Shown: piece after piece, positions 43,838-53,841 of the stretch
Position numbering within the stretch: the stretch's first letter is position 1
Layout: every line of letters starts with the position of its first letter
Source: an uncultured Candidatus Rokubacteria bacterium
Lineage (GTDB): Bacteria; Methylomirabilota; Methylomirabilia; Rokubacteriales; DASRDR01
Assembly (NCBI GenBank): GCA_963812945.1
Contig: CAWEXD010000003.1
Span: 132,932-196,931 of the forward strand
Direction of reading: 5' to 3'
Length of the DNA stretch: 64,000 bases
The notes under the pieces: generated by a model
The model's database searches: none
What the model was told of the DNA's origin: nothing
Seen by the model: only the letters and a program-made list of their open reading frames with translations
Position numbers and translations under genes: made by a program

Positions 43838-44005
43838 TCACTGGATCAGCGCATCGGCCCGCGCCAGCACCGCCGGCGGGATGGTGGGCCGAGGGCCTTG
43901 GCGGTCCGGAGGTTGATCACCAGCTCGAACGTCGTGGGCTGCTCAACGGGCAGGTCGCCGGGCTTGGCGCCCTTGGGAACCTTGTCGACATACCGCGCGG
44001 TGAGT
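43838..44005 (-). pseudogene. C-terminal remnant of an ABC transporter substrate-binding protein
   Basis: YVDKVPKGAKPGDLPVEQPTTFELVINLRTAKALG / frameshift / TIPPAVLARADALIQ*. Confidence 0.85.
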
Positions 44006-44164
44006 TGCGGGTATTGGGCGAACGCCGGCGCATCTGCGACTAGGCCGCCTGCCGGCGACGGCCAGGGGCAGGCGCAGATCGAATCGCCATGATGCACCCT
44101 CGTCCAGTCGTCCGTCAGCCATCGGTCCCACGCAGACGCTCGCTGCGCGGCCGACCATGGTTCC

Positions 44165-45001
44165 TCACGCCTTGACGAATGTCATCAGGTCGGTGTTGAT
44201 CACATCGTGGTGCGTCGTAGCCATGCCATGCGGCAGCCCTTTGTAGACCTTGAGCTGGGCGCTCCGCACCATCTTGCTCGACAGCATTGCGCTCGCGCCG
44301 ATGGGTACGACCTGGTCGTCGTCGCCGTGCATGACCAGCGTGGGGACGTCGATCCTCTTCAGATCCTCCGTGAAGTCGGTCTCGCTGAAGGCCTTGATAC
44401 AGTCGTAGGCGGCCTTGATCCCGCACATCATCCCTTGCCGCCACCAGTTGTCGATGATCCCTTGGGAGACCTTCGCGCCGGGCCGGTTGAAGCCATAGAA
44501 CGGCCCCGCCGGGATGTCGCGGAAGAACTGCGCTCGATCGGCCAGCAGCGCGGCGCGGAACCCGTCAAACACCTCGAGCGGCAGGCCGCCCGGATTGGCC
44601 GTCGTCTTGACCATGATCGGGGGCACGGCCCCAAGGAGAACCGCCTTGGCCACGCGGCCCTTGGCCCGGCCGGCTCCGTGGCGGCCAATGTACCGTGTCA
44701 CCTCCCCGCCGCCCGTCGAGTGGCCGACGTGAATCGCACTCTTCAGGTCGAGCGTCTCGGTCAGCGTGACGAGATCGTCGGCGTAGGTGTCCATCTCGTT
44801 GCCGTCCCACGTCTGGGTCGAGCGGCCGTGTCCGCGGCGATCATGCGCGATACACCGAAATCCCCGAGACGCAAAAAAGATCATCTGCGCATCCCAGTCA
44901 TCGGCGCTGAGCGGCCAGCCGTGGCTGAACACGACGGGCTGGCCGCTGCCCCAGTCCTTGTAGTAGATCTGCGCACCGTCCTTGGTCGCGATTGTCGGCA
45001 T
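44165..45001 (-). CDS. cpo: Non-heme chloroperoxidase (alpha/beta hydrolase)
   Basis: [42 protein letters not shown]. Confidence 0.92.
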   Translation of the reverse strand: MPTIATKDGAQIYYKDWGSGQPVVFSHGWPLSADDWDAQMIFFASRGFRCIAHDRRGHGRSTQTWDGNEMDTYADDLVTLTETLDLKSAIHVGHSTGGGEVTRYIGRHGAGRAKGRVAKAVLLGAVPPIMVKTTANPGGLPLEVFDGFRAALLADRAQFFRDIPAGPFYGFNRPGAKVSQGIIDNWWRQGMMCGIKAAYDCIKAFSETDFTEDLKRIDVPTLVMHGDDDQVVPIGASAMLSSKMVRSAQLKVYKGLPHGMATTHHDVINTDLMTFVKA

Positions 45002-45202
45002 CGTTCACGCTCCTTGGTCAGTGTAGAGAAGCCGTCAACCGCAGGGCCGCGGAGATCGTTACCGCCTTCCCAACCAGTCGGGCCATCACGCTCCTCGCCC
45101 GAGCTCCGCGCCAAGCGGTTCCCGACATGCGGTCATGGCGTCTACGGTGTCCTGCCCCATGCATCTCCATTGTGACGATGCCTGTCTCGGGCCAGGAGAG
45201 GA

Positions 45203-45910
45203 TCAACGGGCGGCGATGTTCGCACCCTGCGCGGCCGCCGCGATGAGCGCCGCCACCGCACCGGGCTGAGACACGTAGATTGCGTGGCTACCCCGCTCCT
45301 CGACGACGGTCGATCCAGCGCGCTTCGCCATGACGCGCTGGGCGAGCGGCGGGATCATCCGGTCCTCGGTGGCCACCAGGTACCAGCTCGGCTTGGTCTT
45401 CCACGCCGGCGCGCTGATCGCGCCGCTGAGGGCCTCGACGCCCCACGGAACCTGCGAGTCGGCCATGAACGCCGCGCGGTCTGCATCCACGTCGGCCGCG
45501 AAGGATGCGCGGAACTTGGCCTTGTCAAGGAACAGATAGCCGTGCTGCGGAGGCAGAATCGGGGGCACGGGGGCCCCAGGTGGCGGATCCTTGATGAGTG
45601 AGGCAACGGACTCGCCCCGATCCGGAGCGAATGCGGCGATATACACGAGTCCGGCGACCTTGGGATCGGTGCCGGCCTCCGTGATCACCACGCCGCCGTA
45701 GGAGTGGCCAACCAGAATCACGGGCCGATCCTGTGCGGCCAGAACGAGCTTCGTGGCCGCCACGTCGCCTGCAAGCGAGAGAGTGGGGTTTTGGACGATG
45801 CGCACGGCGTAGCCGTCTTTTTGGAGGATCTTGTAGACCCCCTCCCACCCAGCCCCATCCACGAATCCGCCGTGGACAAGCACCACATTCACCTCACGTG
45901 CCGTGGCCAT
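45203..45910 (-). CDS. Alpha/beta hydrolase
   Basis: VLVHGGFVDG, GHSYGG, DRMIP, GSH. Confidence 0.9.
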   Translation of the reverse strand: MATAREVNVVLVHGGFVDGAGWEGVYKILQKDGYAVRIVQNPTLSLAGDVAATKLVLAAQDRPVILVGHSYGGVVITEAGTDPKVAGLVYIAAFAPDRGESVASLIKDPPPGAPVPPILPPQHGYLFLDKAKFRASFAADVDADRAAFMADSQVPWGVEALSGAISAPAWKTKPSWYLVATEDRMIPPLAQRVMAKRAGSTVVEERGSHAIYVSQPGAVAALIAAAAQGANIAAR

Positions 45911-45994
45911 GATGAGCTCCTTCCTTCAACGCGTCGGTTGGATTTGTGCAAGTGTCGAGCGTACCGGCTGCTCGGCGGCGCGGTCGGGACCCTC

Positions 45995-47005
45995 TTAGGC
46001 CACCAGGACAGCGCGAAATCGGGCCTTGCCGGCCCGGGTGTGTTCCAGCGCGCGGTTGGCGTCGGTCATCGCAAAGGTCTCGATGATCGGCGTGATCCCG
46101 TGCCGGGCCGTGAAGGCGAGCATCTCGGCCGTGTCGCTCACGGACCCGGTCTGGCCGCCGACGATCGATCTCTCGCCACCGATCAGCCCGAACGCGTGGA
46201 ACACGACCGGCTTGTCCGGGATGCCGATGAGGCACAGCTTCCCCTGCGGCCGCAGCGCCGCCATGTACTCGTCCCAGGGCAGGTCGCTCGGCACCGTACA
46301 GAAGATGACATCGAACGAGCGCGCCGCCTTCCGCAGCTCGTCCGTACCACGCGTGGCGATGTAATGGCTCGCCCCCAGCTGGCGCGCGTGCGCCTCCTTG
46401 TCCCGGGACGAGCTCACGGCGGTGACGTCGCACCCCCACTTCGCCAGGTACTGCACGGCCAGGTGGCCCAGTCCGCCCACGCCGACGACGGCGACCCGGT
46501 CGGTCGGCCGTACCCCGTACTGCAGGATGGGAGTGAACACGGTCGCCCCGGCGCACATCAGCGGGCCGGCGTGCTCCGAGTGAATCTCGTCGGGCAGCGG
46601 AAAGGCGAACTGCCAGTTGTCGACCCGTACGTGGGTGGCGAACCCGCCCTGGTGGCCGCCAACGATGGTCAACCGGACGTTCGGACAGAGGTGCTGAAGC
46701 CCGCCCTCGCACCACTCACACTGCATGCACGAGCCGCACATCGGTCCGACCCCGACCCGCTGGCCGACGCGGAGCCGATCGACCTCGGTCCCGGCGGCGG
46801 CGACGACGCCAACCGCCTCGTGCCCCGGCACCAGCGGGTACTGGGTGAAGCCGTAGTCGTTGTCGACCATGGCCGAGTCGGTGTGGCAAATCCCGCAGTG
46901 GGTGACCCGAACATCCACCTGCTGGGGACCGAGCGGCCCCGGGTCGTATTCGAACGGCTCGAGCCTGCCCTTCGGGGATAACGCGGCGTGAGCCCGGACC
47001 TTCAT
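45995..47005 (-). CDS. NAD(P)-dependent zinc alcohol dehydrogenase (Ahr/CAD-like)
   Basis: CGICHTD, PGHE, SCMQCEWC, PLMCAGATV, GVGGLGH. Confidence 0.92.
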   Translation of the reverse strand: MKVRAHAALSPKGRLEPFEYDPGPLGPQQVDVRVTHCGICHTDSAMVDNDYGFTQYPLVPGHEAVGVVAAAGTEVDRLRVGQRVGVGPMCGSCMQCEWCEGGLQHLCPNVRLTIVGGHQGGFATHVRVDNWQFAFPLPDEIHSEHAGPLMCAGATVFTPILQYGVRPTDRVAVVGVGGLGHLAVQYLAKWGCDVTAVSSSRDKEAHARQLGASHYIATRGTDELRKAARSFDVIFCTVPSDLPWDEYMAALRPQGKLCLIGIPDKPVVFHAFGLIGGERSIVGGQTGSVSDTAEMLAFTARHGITPIIETFAMTDANRALEHTRAGKARFRAVLVA

Positions 47006-47058
47006 CGTCGCACCTCGCGGGATTGGGGACGTCAACGCGGCCAATGCGCGAGCCACCG

Positions 47059-47841
47059 CTAGACGGTCGGCACGGTGCCTCCGTCGATCACGTATTCCGT
47101 GCCGGTGATGGATGCGGCGCGTGGTGAGGCGAGGAACGCGACCAGGTCCGCGACTTCCTTGGGCTTCGCGGGGCGGCCGATCGGAATGCCGCCGAGCGAG
47201 TCCATCACCATCTGGCGGGCGCCTTCGTAGTCGATCCGGTTCTTTCGAGCGATCTCCTCGACCAAGCCGACGGCGCCGTCGGTCTCGACCCACCCGGGGG
47301 AGACGCGAACGACGCGCACGCCCCTCGGGCTGACCTCCTTGGACAGGGCCTTGCTGTAGTTCGAGAGCGCCGCTTTCGCCGCCGCGTAGGCAATCGTGGC
47401 GTCGGGCAGCGGCAACTGACGTTGAATGGACGTGATGTGGACGATCACCCCGGAGCCCTGCGCGATCATCGAGGGCACAAGGGCGCGGTCGAGACGAACC
47501 GCCGCGAGCAGGTTCTGGTCCAGGGCCTTGTGCCATTCGTGGTCGTCGAGCACGGTGAAACCGCCGGCGGGCGCCGAGGAGCCCCCCACGACATGCACGA
47601 TGATGTCGATCCCCCCGAGACGCTCACGGACAGCCTGGGCGACCACGGCACAGCCCTCTGCGGTCGAGACGTCTGCGGCAACGAACTGATCCGCATGTTC
47701 GGCCACTTTGGGTTGTGACCGGGCGGTAGTAAGGACGGTCGCGCCGGCCTCGCGGAGGGCTGTCACGACTGCCTGGCCGACGCCCTTCGTGCCGCCCGTG
47801 ACCAGCGCGCGTTTCCCCGTGAGTTCCAGGTAGTCGCTCAT
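47059..47841 (-). CDS. Short-chain dehydrogenase/reductase
   Basis: [28 protein letters not shown]. Confidence 0.92.
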   Translation of the reverse strand: MSDYLELTGKRALVTGGTKGVGQAVVTALREAGATVLTTARSQPKVAEHADQFVAADVSTAEGCAVVAQAVRERLGGIDIIVHVVGGSSAPAGGFTVLDDHEWHKALDQNLLAAVRLDRALVPSMIAQGSGVIVHITSIQRQLPLPDATIAYAAAKAALSNYSKALSKEVSPRGVRVVRVSPGWVETDGAVGLVEEIARKNRIDYEGARQMVMDSLGGIPIGRPAKPKEVADLVAFLASPRAASITGTEYVIDGGTVPTV

Positions 47842-48060
47842 CAGGACATCTCCAGAACCGTCAACGGACGTGCCCGACCGGCCTGATCGGATCAAGGCGT
47901 CTTCCGGCCAACACCTGCGCCTGCCGCCGCAGCATACACCCTCAACGTGACGCCGGTGTCTCGCGCACGGTCGACGATCCCGGCTTCCCCTCCCCGTATC
48001 GACCCGAGCCGCCGAGCAAGCCGTGAGCCCGCGTGATCGAGAGCCCAGTGCCTAGCATCC

Positions 48061-48100
48061 GCCGAACTAGGATTCGACCAGCCGAACTAGGATTCGACCA
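48061..48100 (+). repeat. Perfect 20-bp tandem duplication
   Basis: GCCGAACTAGGATTCGACCA x2. Confidence 0.95.
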
Positions 48101-48223
48101 GTGGATAGGAGGACCCGCATGACAGCGTCATGCGAGTGCCGGCTCCGTCCCCCGATCCTGAAACACCCTGAGCATGTGTCATCTCCTCCGATCTGGGGAG
48201 GTCAGGGGACCCCGCCAGACGGC

Positions 48224-49201
48224 TCAGCGCGACGACGGCCCGAGAGCGGGGATCGCGGGCGGCGCCAGTTCACCGACCGGGAAGCCCAAGGCCATCCACT
48301 TCGCCACGCCGCCTTCGAGCGGACGGACGCTGGTGATCCCCCGCCGCTTGAGCTGAAGCGCCACCCGGGCGCTCGTGGCTTCGTTGGGTCAGGAGCAGTA
48401 GAGGACCAGCTCGCGATCCCGGGGGATCTCCGCCAGGTGCTCGTCGAGCGCCTCGGCCGCGATCCATCGGCTGCTCGGAATGGCGTACGGGGCGGCGGCC
48501 ACGTCCAGCGCCGTGCGGAGGTCAATGATCGCGACATCCTCTCCCGCCTCGAGCTTACGCTTGAGGTCCTCCGGCGAGATCCGGGCGATACGGAGCCGCC
48601 GGAGGAAGAGCTGACGGCGCAGATACTTCAGCAGGACGTAGCCGACAAGGATCCCCGCCACCAGAAGACCCGCACCGCGTCCCATGGCGCTGACCCGTTG
48701 GACTACGACCTCGATGGCGTCACTGAAGACGTAGCCGATGCCGGCCCAGAGGCCCGCCCACAGCACGATGCCCGCCAGGTCGTAGAGCACGAACCGGAGG
48801 CGCGAGATGCCGAAGATTCCCGCAAGCGGGGGCATGACCGTCGTCAACCCCGGCAGGAACTTCGACACCAGCAGCGCCCGGACGCCGTGGCGGAGAAAGA
48901 GGTTCTCGGTTCGACGCACGCAGACATCGGGCTCCAGCGTCAGGCGACACAGCCCCTGGAGCACGCGCACCCCGCGTCGGCGGCCAATTTCGTGCCAGAC
49001 GAGGTCGACTGGCAGAGCCGTTACCGCGATGGCGCCAATGACGAGCCAGAGACTGACGCGCCCCTGCGCCGCGAGGGCGCCGACGGCCAGAAGAGCCGGT
49101 ACCGCCGGCAGCGGAATGCCCACCTGTTCGGCGACGACCAAGATGGGCAGGAGGACGACGCTGTACCGCTCGAGCCACTCGACGCCGCCCGGGAGGTCCA
49201 T
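48224..49201 (-). CDS. DedA(VTT)-rhodanese fusion, candidate selenoprotein (in-frame TGA at 48389-48391)
   Basis: DedA motifs EQVGIPLP, GRRRG, SKFLPG; rhodanese IIDLR, IP, LVLYCS-TGA-PNEATSARVALQLKRRGITSVRPLEGGVAKW to a second stop at 48224. Confidence 0.85.
48356..48374 (-). promoter_or_regulatory. Putative bacterial SECIS hairpin (copy 1)
   Basis: GAGCGCC-CGGGU-GGCGCUU beginning 14 nt after the UGA. Confidence 0.72.
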
Positions 49202-49306
49202 GCCCAGGGCCTATTCTCCGCTGAAGGTGGCCGGCCTTTCCACCACGGCCCAATGACCATGACGCCTTGCCGAAGCCAGCTCCAACTCGGTCCGTTGTCC
49301 GTACCC

Positions 49307-49680
49307 TCACACCGTGCGAAGTTGCGCCGGATCCACGGGCAGCTTGCGGAGCCGCTTTCCCGTTGCGGCGAAGATCGCATTGCACACCGCGGGGGCGACG
49401 GCCGACGTGCCGGGCTCGCCGATCCCGCCGGGCGCCTCCGTGCTCTGGACGAGATACACCTCGACCACCGGGGCCTCGTTGATTCGCAGCGTCCGATAGT
49501 TGTGGAAGTTGCTCTGCTCGACGCGGCCGTTCTTCAGGGTGATCTCGTTGAACAGGGCGGCGGAGATCCCGAAGACGATGCCGCCCTCCATTTGCGCCCG
49601 CACCGTGTCGGGGTTCACGATGATTCCGCAATCCACGGCGCAGACCACGCGCCGGACTCGGACCTCGCCCTCCTTCGAGG
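49307..49680 (-). pseudogene. C-terminal fragment of a xanthine dehydrogenase family molybdopterin subunit (IorB-like)
   Basis: [41 protein letters not shown]; upstream sequence not homologous. Confidence 0.85.
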
Positions 49681-49973
49681 AGCCCGCATGGCGCCCGCGG
49701 TCAGCCGGCGGCCCCCCACGCCAAAACTGGCGCCGGACGGCCGACATGTCCCTGGGTCGCAGGCACGGCCCAACCCTCGCACGGGAACCAGTCAGAACAA
49801 CGGAAGGCCGTGTGGATGACGTGTGGATGAACACTTCCGCCTGCATTGCCCGGTGCAGCCATACTCGGAGGCGTCGGGTTCGATCGGGGGGGGTGCCGTC
49901 GGTGGCATCGGCACGAATCGTGCCGCGTGTCTAGCAGCTGGTCTGTGACGCTCGTCCAACACTCTCAATCGGA

Positions 49974-50014
49974 GCGCATAGGAACGACTAGCGCCACCTC
50001 CGTGGGCGGGGCGG
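49974..50014 (+). repeat. About 41-bp direct repeat, copy A
   Basis: GCGCATAGGAACGAC-TAGCGCCACCTCCGTGGGCGGGGCGG. Confidence 0.85.
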
Positions 50015-50062
50015 TCATACGCCTGCCGGGACGCTCCGACTGAACTCAAAGGAGACAGGACG

Positions 50063-50506
50063 ATGAGCAACTCAACAGTGGGCGTCGCGGCGATCGCGGT
50101 AGTACGCCGGAACACCGAAGAGGTACAAGGCCAAGGCAACTGGGACCTGTACGAGGAACTGTTCGCCGATGATTTTGTCGACCACACGCCACAGCCGGGC
50201 ACGACACCCGACAAGGACGGGGTGCGGGTGCTGTACAAGCGCCTACGTGCGGCGTTCCCTGACTTCCGCCCCGAGATCCACTGGCAGGTGGCTGCCGGCG
50301 ACCTCGTGACCACCTACAAGACCTATCACGGTACTCACCGGGGAGAGTTCCTCGGTATCCCGGCCACTGGGAAGAAGGTCAGTTTCTACACCGTCGACGC
50401 CATGCGGGTCGTCAACGGCAAGATCACCGAGCACTGGGGCGTCGCGACGCTGCTCGACCTGATGCAGCAGCTCGGTGTAGTCCCTCCGCTGGGAGGTCAG
50501 CGATAA
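50063..50506 (+). CDS. SnoaL-like ester cyclase
   Basis: AGGAG RBS; FADDFVDH, AAFPD, GTHRGEFLGIPATGK, GKITEHWG. Confidence 0.92.
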   Translation: MSNSTVGVAAIAVVRRNTEEVQGQGNWDLYEELFADDFVDHTPQPGTTPDKDGVRVLYKRLRAAFPDFRPEIHWQVAAGDLVTTYKTYHGTHRGEFLGIPATGKKVSFYTVDAMRVVNGKITEHWGVATLLDLMQQLGVVPPLGGQR

Positions 50507-50564
50507 CAACGCCGATCGCTGAACGGGCCGCCCCGGGTGGGCGCTGAACTCGAGCAACCGTACC

Positions 50565-50606
50565 GCGCATAGGAACGATTTAGCGCCACCTCTGTGGGCG
50601 GGGCGG
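50565..50606 (+). repeat. About 41-bp direct repeat, copy B
   Basis: GCGCATAGGAACGATTTAGCGCCACCTCTGTGGGCGGGGCGG. Confidence 0.85.
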
Positions 50607-50790
50607 GCGGAGCTGAGGTCCGGCCTCCTCCTGCCTCCCCGGCGGCCGGCCCCAGGCCCCGGGGTCCCGGTGCGAGGGACACCCCTCTCAGGTCTGGCGG
50701 AGCGGCACGGCGGGGGGGGGCGGGTCCCGGGCCTCATCTCACCGACCTCCCGTCGCCTGGCCGAGCCCCTCCGCCGCGCGCTACACTCCG

Positions 50791-50832
50791 CCCACCGTAA
50801 TGACGCGACGCCCCACCGTGATGACGCGACGC
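50791..50832 (+). repeat. 21-bp tandem duplication (1 mismatch)
   Basis: CCCACCGTAATGACGCGACGC / CCCACCGTGATGACGCGACGC. Confidence 0.9.
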
Positions 50833-50892
50833 CTGGGCGGACATCAGGCCGTGTGGCGGGGGCAAGAAAGGGCGTTTTCACTGCCTACGCTC

Positions 50893-51330
50893 TTACTTCT
50901 TGAGCGAGGCCTCCAGGTTGCCCAGCACACCGATCTGGCCGAGCAGGATGGTTCCGGCGTAGTAGCAGTGGAACGCGCTCACCTTCCCGTCCTCAAGACG
51001 GAAGACATCGCAGCACGGGGCGTGGAACTCCTTACCCGTAGCGGGGATCGTTCCCAGGGCCGTGGGAAGGTCACCTTTGTGGGTTCCGTGCAGTGTCAGC
51101 TGAACGACGACGACGTCACCGTCGAATTAGAGGTCGTGGAGTTCGCGGTGCATGTCCGGAAATGCAACCGAGTAGATGTCGGCCGCACGAGCGACTTCGT
51201 CGCCGTGGTATTTGACTCCGGCAGGGACGTCCCACCAGTAGCCGTTCTCGGTGAACAGTGACCGAAACCTCTTGGGTTCCTTCTCTGCGACCGCGTACAG
51301 ACTGCGGATAATCTCTTCGTTTGAAGGCAT
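50893..51330 (-). pseudogene. NTF2/SnoaL-like protein with an internal TAA at 51127-51129
   Basis: MPSNEEIIRSLY...AFPDMHRELHDL*FDGDVVVVQLTLHGTHKG...PCCDVFRLEDGKV...LKK*. Confidence 0.85.
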
Positions 51331-51433
51331 CGTGGTCTCCTTTTCATTATCATCGGCGAGTGCACTCGACAAAGAATCAAATCTTGTGCAATTGGTGCGG
51401 TGACTACGAACATCACGATTCGCACAATTGCTT

Positions 51434-51484
51434 TCCATCGTCACGGGGACGGAACTGTTCGTCGACGGCGGCTTCGCGTAGGTG
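51434..51484 (+). pseudogene. Tiny remnant of an SDR C-terminus
   Basis: Translates SIVTGTELFVDGGFA*V. Confidence 0.55.
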
Positions 51485-51498
51485 TGGCGAACCGGGAC

Positions 51499-52422
51499 CT
51501 AGCGGCTGAAAAACTCCACCAGCTTCGGGATCACCTGCCCCGGCGCCTCGTCGATCAGCCAGTGTCCGGAGCCCTTAATGATCACGCCCTCGACGTTGGT
51601 CGCGACCATCTTGCCCTGCGTGATCAGGAAGTCCCCGCCGGATTTCTCGCCGCCCAGCACGATCATCGGCATCGTGAGTTGCGTCTTCTGGAAGGCGGCG
51701 TTGTCCTTGGCGTCTTGGTCGAAGTTGCGGAACACCTCCATGCCGGCCTTCATCGCACCCGGGAGCTTGTACTTCTTCGTGTAGAACTGCCGGTCGGCCT
51801 CGGAAACGGATTTCGTGCCGTCGGCGGCGAAGTCGTTCCAGAAGTGCTCGAAGTAGATGCGCTCGCGGCCCTCGACGAGGGCCAGCGGCGTCTTGCCGTA
51901 GAAGTGGAAGTGCCAGAGGTCCTTCAGCAGGAAGAGGTTCGTCGTATCGCCCACACCAGGAATGAAGGCGTCCAACAACGCGATGCGATCGACCTCGGCC
52001 GGATACTGCGCGGCGTACGCGTAGGCTACCATCAGGCCGATGTCGTGTCCGGCCACGCCAGCCTTTCTAATGCCGAGTGATTGGGCGAGCGCATGGATGT
52101 CCTGCGCCATCGACTTCTTGTCGTAGCAGCACGCGGGCTTGGCGGAATCGCCGAAGCCGCGCAGGTCGGGCGCGATCACGAGCCGGGTCTTTCCAAGCTC
52201 GGCCATGAGCGGGCGCCACATGTGGCTGTTCTGCGCGTAGCCGTGGAGCAGGATCACCGGCTCGCCCTGTCCCGCCATGAGGTAGTGTAGCTTCACCCCG
52301 TTCACGGTGGCGTACTTGCCCTCGATATTCACCTTCGCATCGGCGCTGAGGGCGGCAGCGGCCAGCCCCATCGTCGCGATGACCAGCAGCGGTCCCAGGA
52401 TCCTGCGCAGCGCGGTTTTCAT
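51499..52422 (-). CDS. Exported alpha/beta hydrolase (epoxide hydrolase-like)
   Basis: Signal peptide, LLHGYAQ, APDLRGFG, GHDIG, WHFHF, GSGHW. Confidence 0.9.
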   Translation of the reverse strand: MKTALRRILGPLLVIATMGLAAAALSADAKVNIEGKYATVNGVKLHYLMAGQGEPVILLHGYAQNSHMWRPLMAELGKTRLVIAPDLRGFGDSAKPACCYDKKSMAQDIHALAQSLGIRKAGVAGHDIGLMVAYAYAAQYPAEVDRIALLDAFIPGVGDTTNLFLLKDLWHFHFYGKTPLALVEGRERIYFEHFWNDFAADGTKSVSEADRQFYTKKYKLPGAMKAGMEVFRNFDQDAKDNAAFQKTQLTMPMIVLGGEKSGGDFLITQGKMVATNVEGVIIKGSGHWLIDEAPGQVIPKLVEFFSR

Positions 52423-52692
52423 CGTTCTCTCCCCTCAAGGGCCATCATACGGCCGGTTCGACCATCCCGTGTCTCGCGGCGTAGCCTGCCCTGATCGAGG
52501 CCGCCAAGCGCCGCGGGCGGCCGCTGGCGCATGCGGATGTCATGCGCGAACAGTCGAGTTGGTTCGCGCACACGTGACCCGCTCTGCGGGAGAATCCGCA
52601 CGGGCCCGAATCACCGAGCGACGGCGAGAAAGGCTTCGAGTTGAATGTGCCGAGCTCTCTGCACAACCTCCAGGTTCTGGGCCGTTCCCCGT

Positions 52693-53262
52693 TCAGCGCT
52701 TCCCGTAGTCCGTGAAGACGTAGTCTCTTCCCTTCACGATCGTGTGGCACCCGAGCCCGCACTTGGCGTCGTTCCCCTGCGGCGGCATATCGGCCGTGGT
52801 GGCGGGCGTGAACTTACCGGACACGGCGTCGTACTTGAACGCGCCCCATCCCCATCCGCCGCTGTCCGCGAACCTCTGGCTGTCCTTCACCATGAAGTCG
52901 ACGTCATGCAGCGTGCCCGGCACCGTCGCCGTGGGGAACGTCTCCAGCTTCTTCGGGACCCAATGGATTTTCGCCATCTTGGAGCCGTCGGGGAACGGCT
53001 TGCCGTTGCCGGGAATGCCGGCCTGGTAGGCGTCGATCATGAGGGGATTCGCCAGGATCACGGCCATCACCTGTTCGCCGGTGTGGCTGATGGAGACGAC
53101 CGGCCAGCGTTCGTATCCTCTGAACTCGGAGAACGCGAGCCCACCCGGCACCTGCACGGTGTACTTGTCCGGCCCGGTATCCTGCGCAGTGATGGCCCTG
53201 CCGCCCAAGACGGCGAGCACGACCGCAATGATCAGCGTCAGTAAGGACGGGATTCTCGTCAT
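52693..53262 (-). CDS. Cytochrome P460 family protein
   Basis: Signal peptide, PFPDGSKMAKIHW, MVKDSQRF..SGGWGW, C-terminal heme motif CGLGCH, DYVFT. Confidence 0.87.
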   Translation of the reverse strand: MTRIPSLLTLIIAVVLAVLGGRAITAQDTGPDKYTVQVPGGLAFSEFRGYERWPVVSISHTGEQVMAVILANPLMIDAYQAGIPGNGKPFPDGSKMAKIHWVPKKLETFPTATVPGTLHDVDFMVKDSQRFADSGGWGWGAFKYDAVSGKFTPATTADMPPQGNDAKCGLGCHTIVKGRDYVFTDYGKR

Positions 53263-53379
53263 GGTTCACTCCTAGCTGCTGCCGTATGCTGTGGATCAGC
53301 TCTTCGCAGTGGGTCGCCGCCCGACCGGACGGCGACCCGCTGACCTTTTTCCGCGGCAGGACCCTTCGAGCCTTGACTC

Positions 53380-53841
53380 CTAGCGGACGGGATCCAACAC
53401 GACCACCGGGATCTCGCGTGCGGTCTTGCGCTGATAGTCGGCATAGGGTGGCCAGAATTTGAGTGCCTCGTCCCAGAGCCGCGTCCTCTCCGCACCCGTG
53501 GCGGTCCGCGCCCGCGCCAGCATCTTCTTGGTCCCGACCTGAACCTCGACCACAGGGTCAGCCAGGATGTTGCGGTACCATCCGGGATGTTGCGGGGCTC
53601 CGCCTTTGGAGGCCACCACGAAATAGCTGTCGCCGGCCTTCCCATAGAACAGCGGAAATACGAACTTCTCTCCCGACTTCCGCCCCTTCGTCGTCAGCAG
53701 CATCGACGGAACGGTCATCTCCGGCCGACCAGGCTGCGTCATCGTGTACATGTGCCCGTCGGTGCCGCCGCTCGAACGGTAGCGGTTGGCGTGTTCCACC
53801 ATCCAATCCGGAAGATTCGGGGCGAGCTTGGCTTCGGCCAT
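53380..53841 (-). CDS. Nitroreductase family deazaflavin-dependent oxidoreductase (DDN-like)
   Basis: LLTTKGRKSG, VVASKGGAPQHPGWYRN, YADYQRKTAREIPVVVL. Confidence 0.92.
   Translation of the reverse strand: MAEAKLAPNLPDWMVEHANRYRSSGGTDGHMYTMTQPGRPEMTVPSMLLTTKGRKSGEKFVFPLFYGKAGDSYFVVASKGGAPQHPGWYRNILADPVVEVQVGTKKMLARARTATGAERTRLWDEALKFWPPYADYQRKTAREIPVVVLDPVR

Noticed and set aside
48101-49819. 572-aa plus-strand ORF with AGGAGG-ATG at 48119
   Set aside because: Antisense to DedA-rhodanese and the iorB fragment; no recognisable motifs
48061-50832. Short repeats as a CRISPR array
   Set aside because: Only two adjacent units each, no spacers, no cas genes
51127-51129. Internal TAA as programmed recoding
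   Set aside because: No known bacterial TAA recoding of this type; simplest explanation is a Tyr-to-stop change
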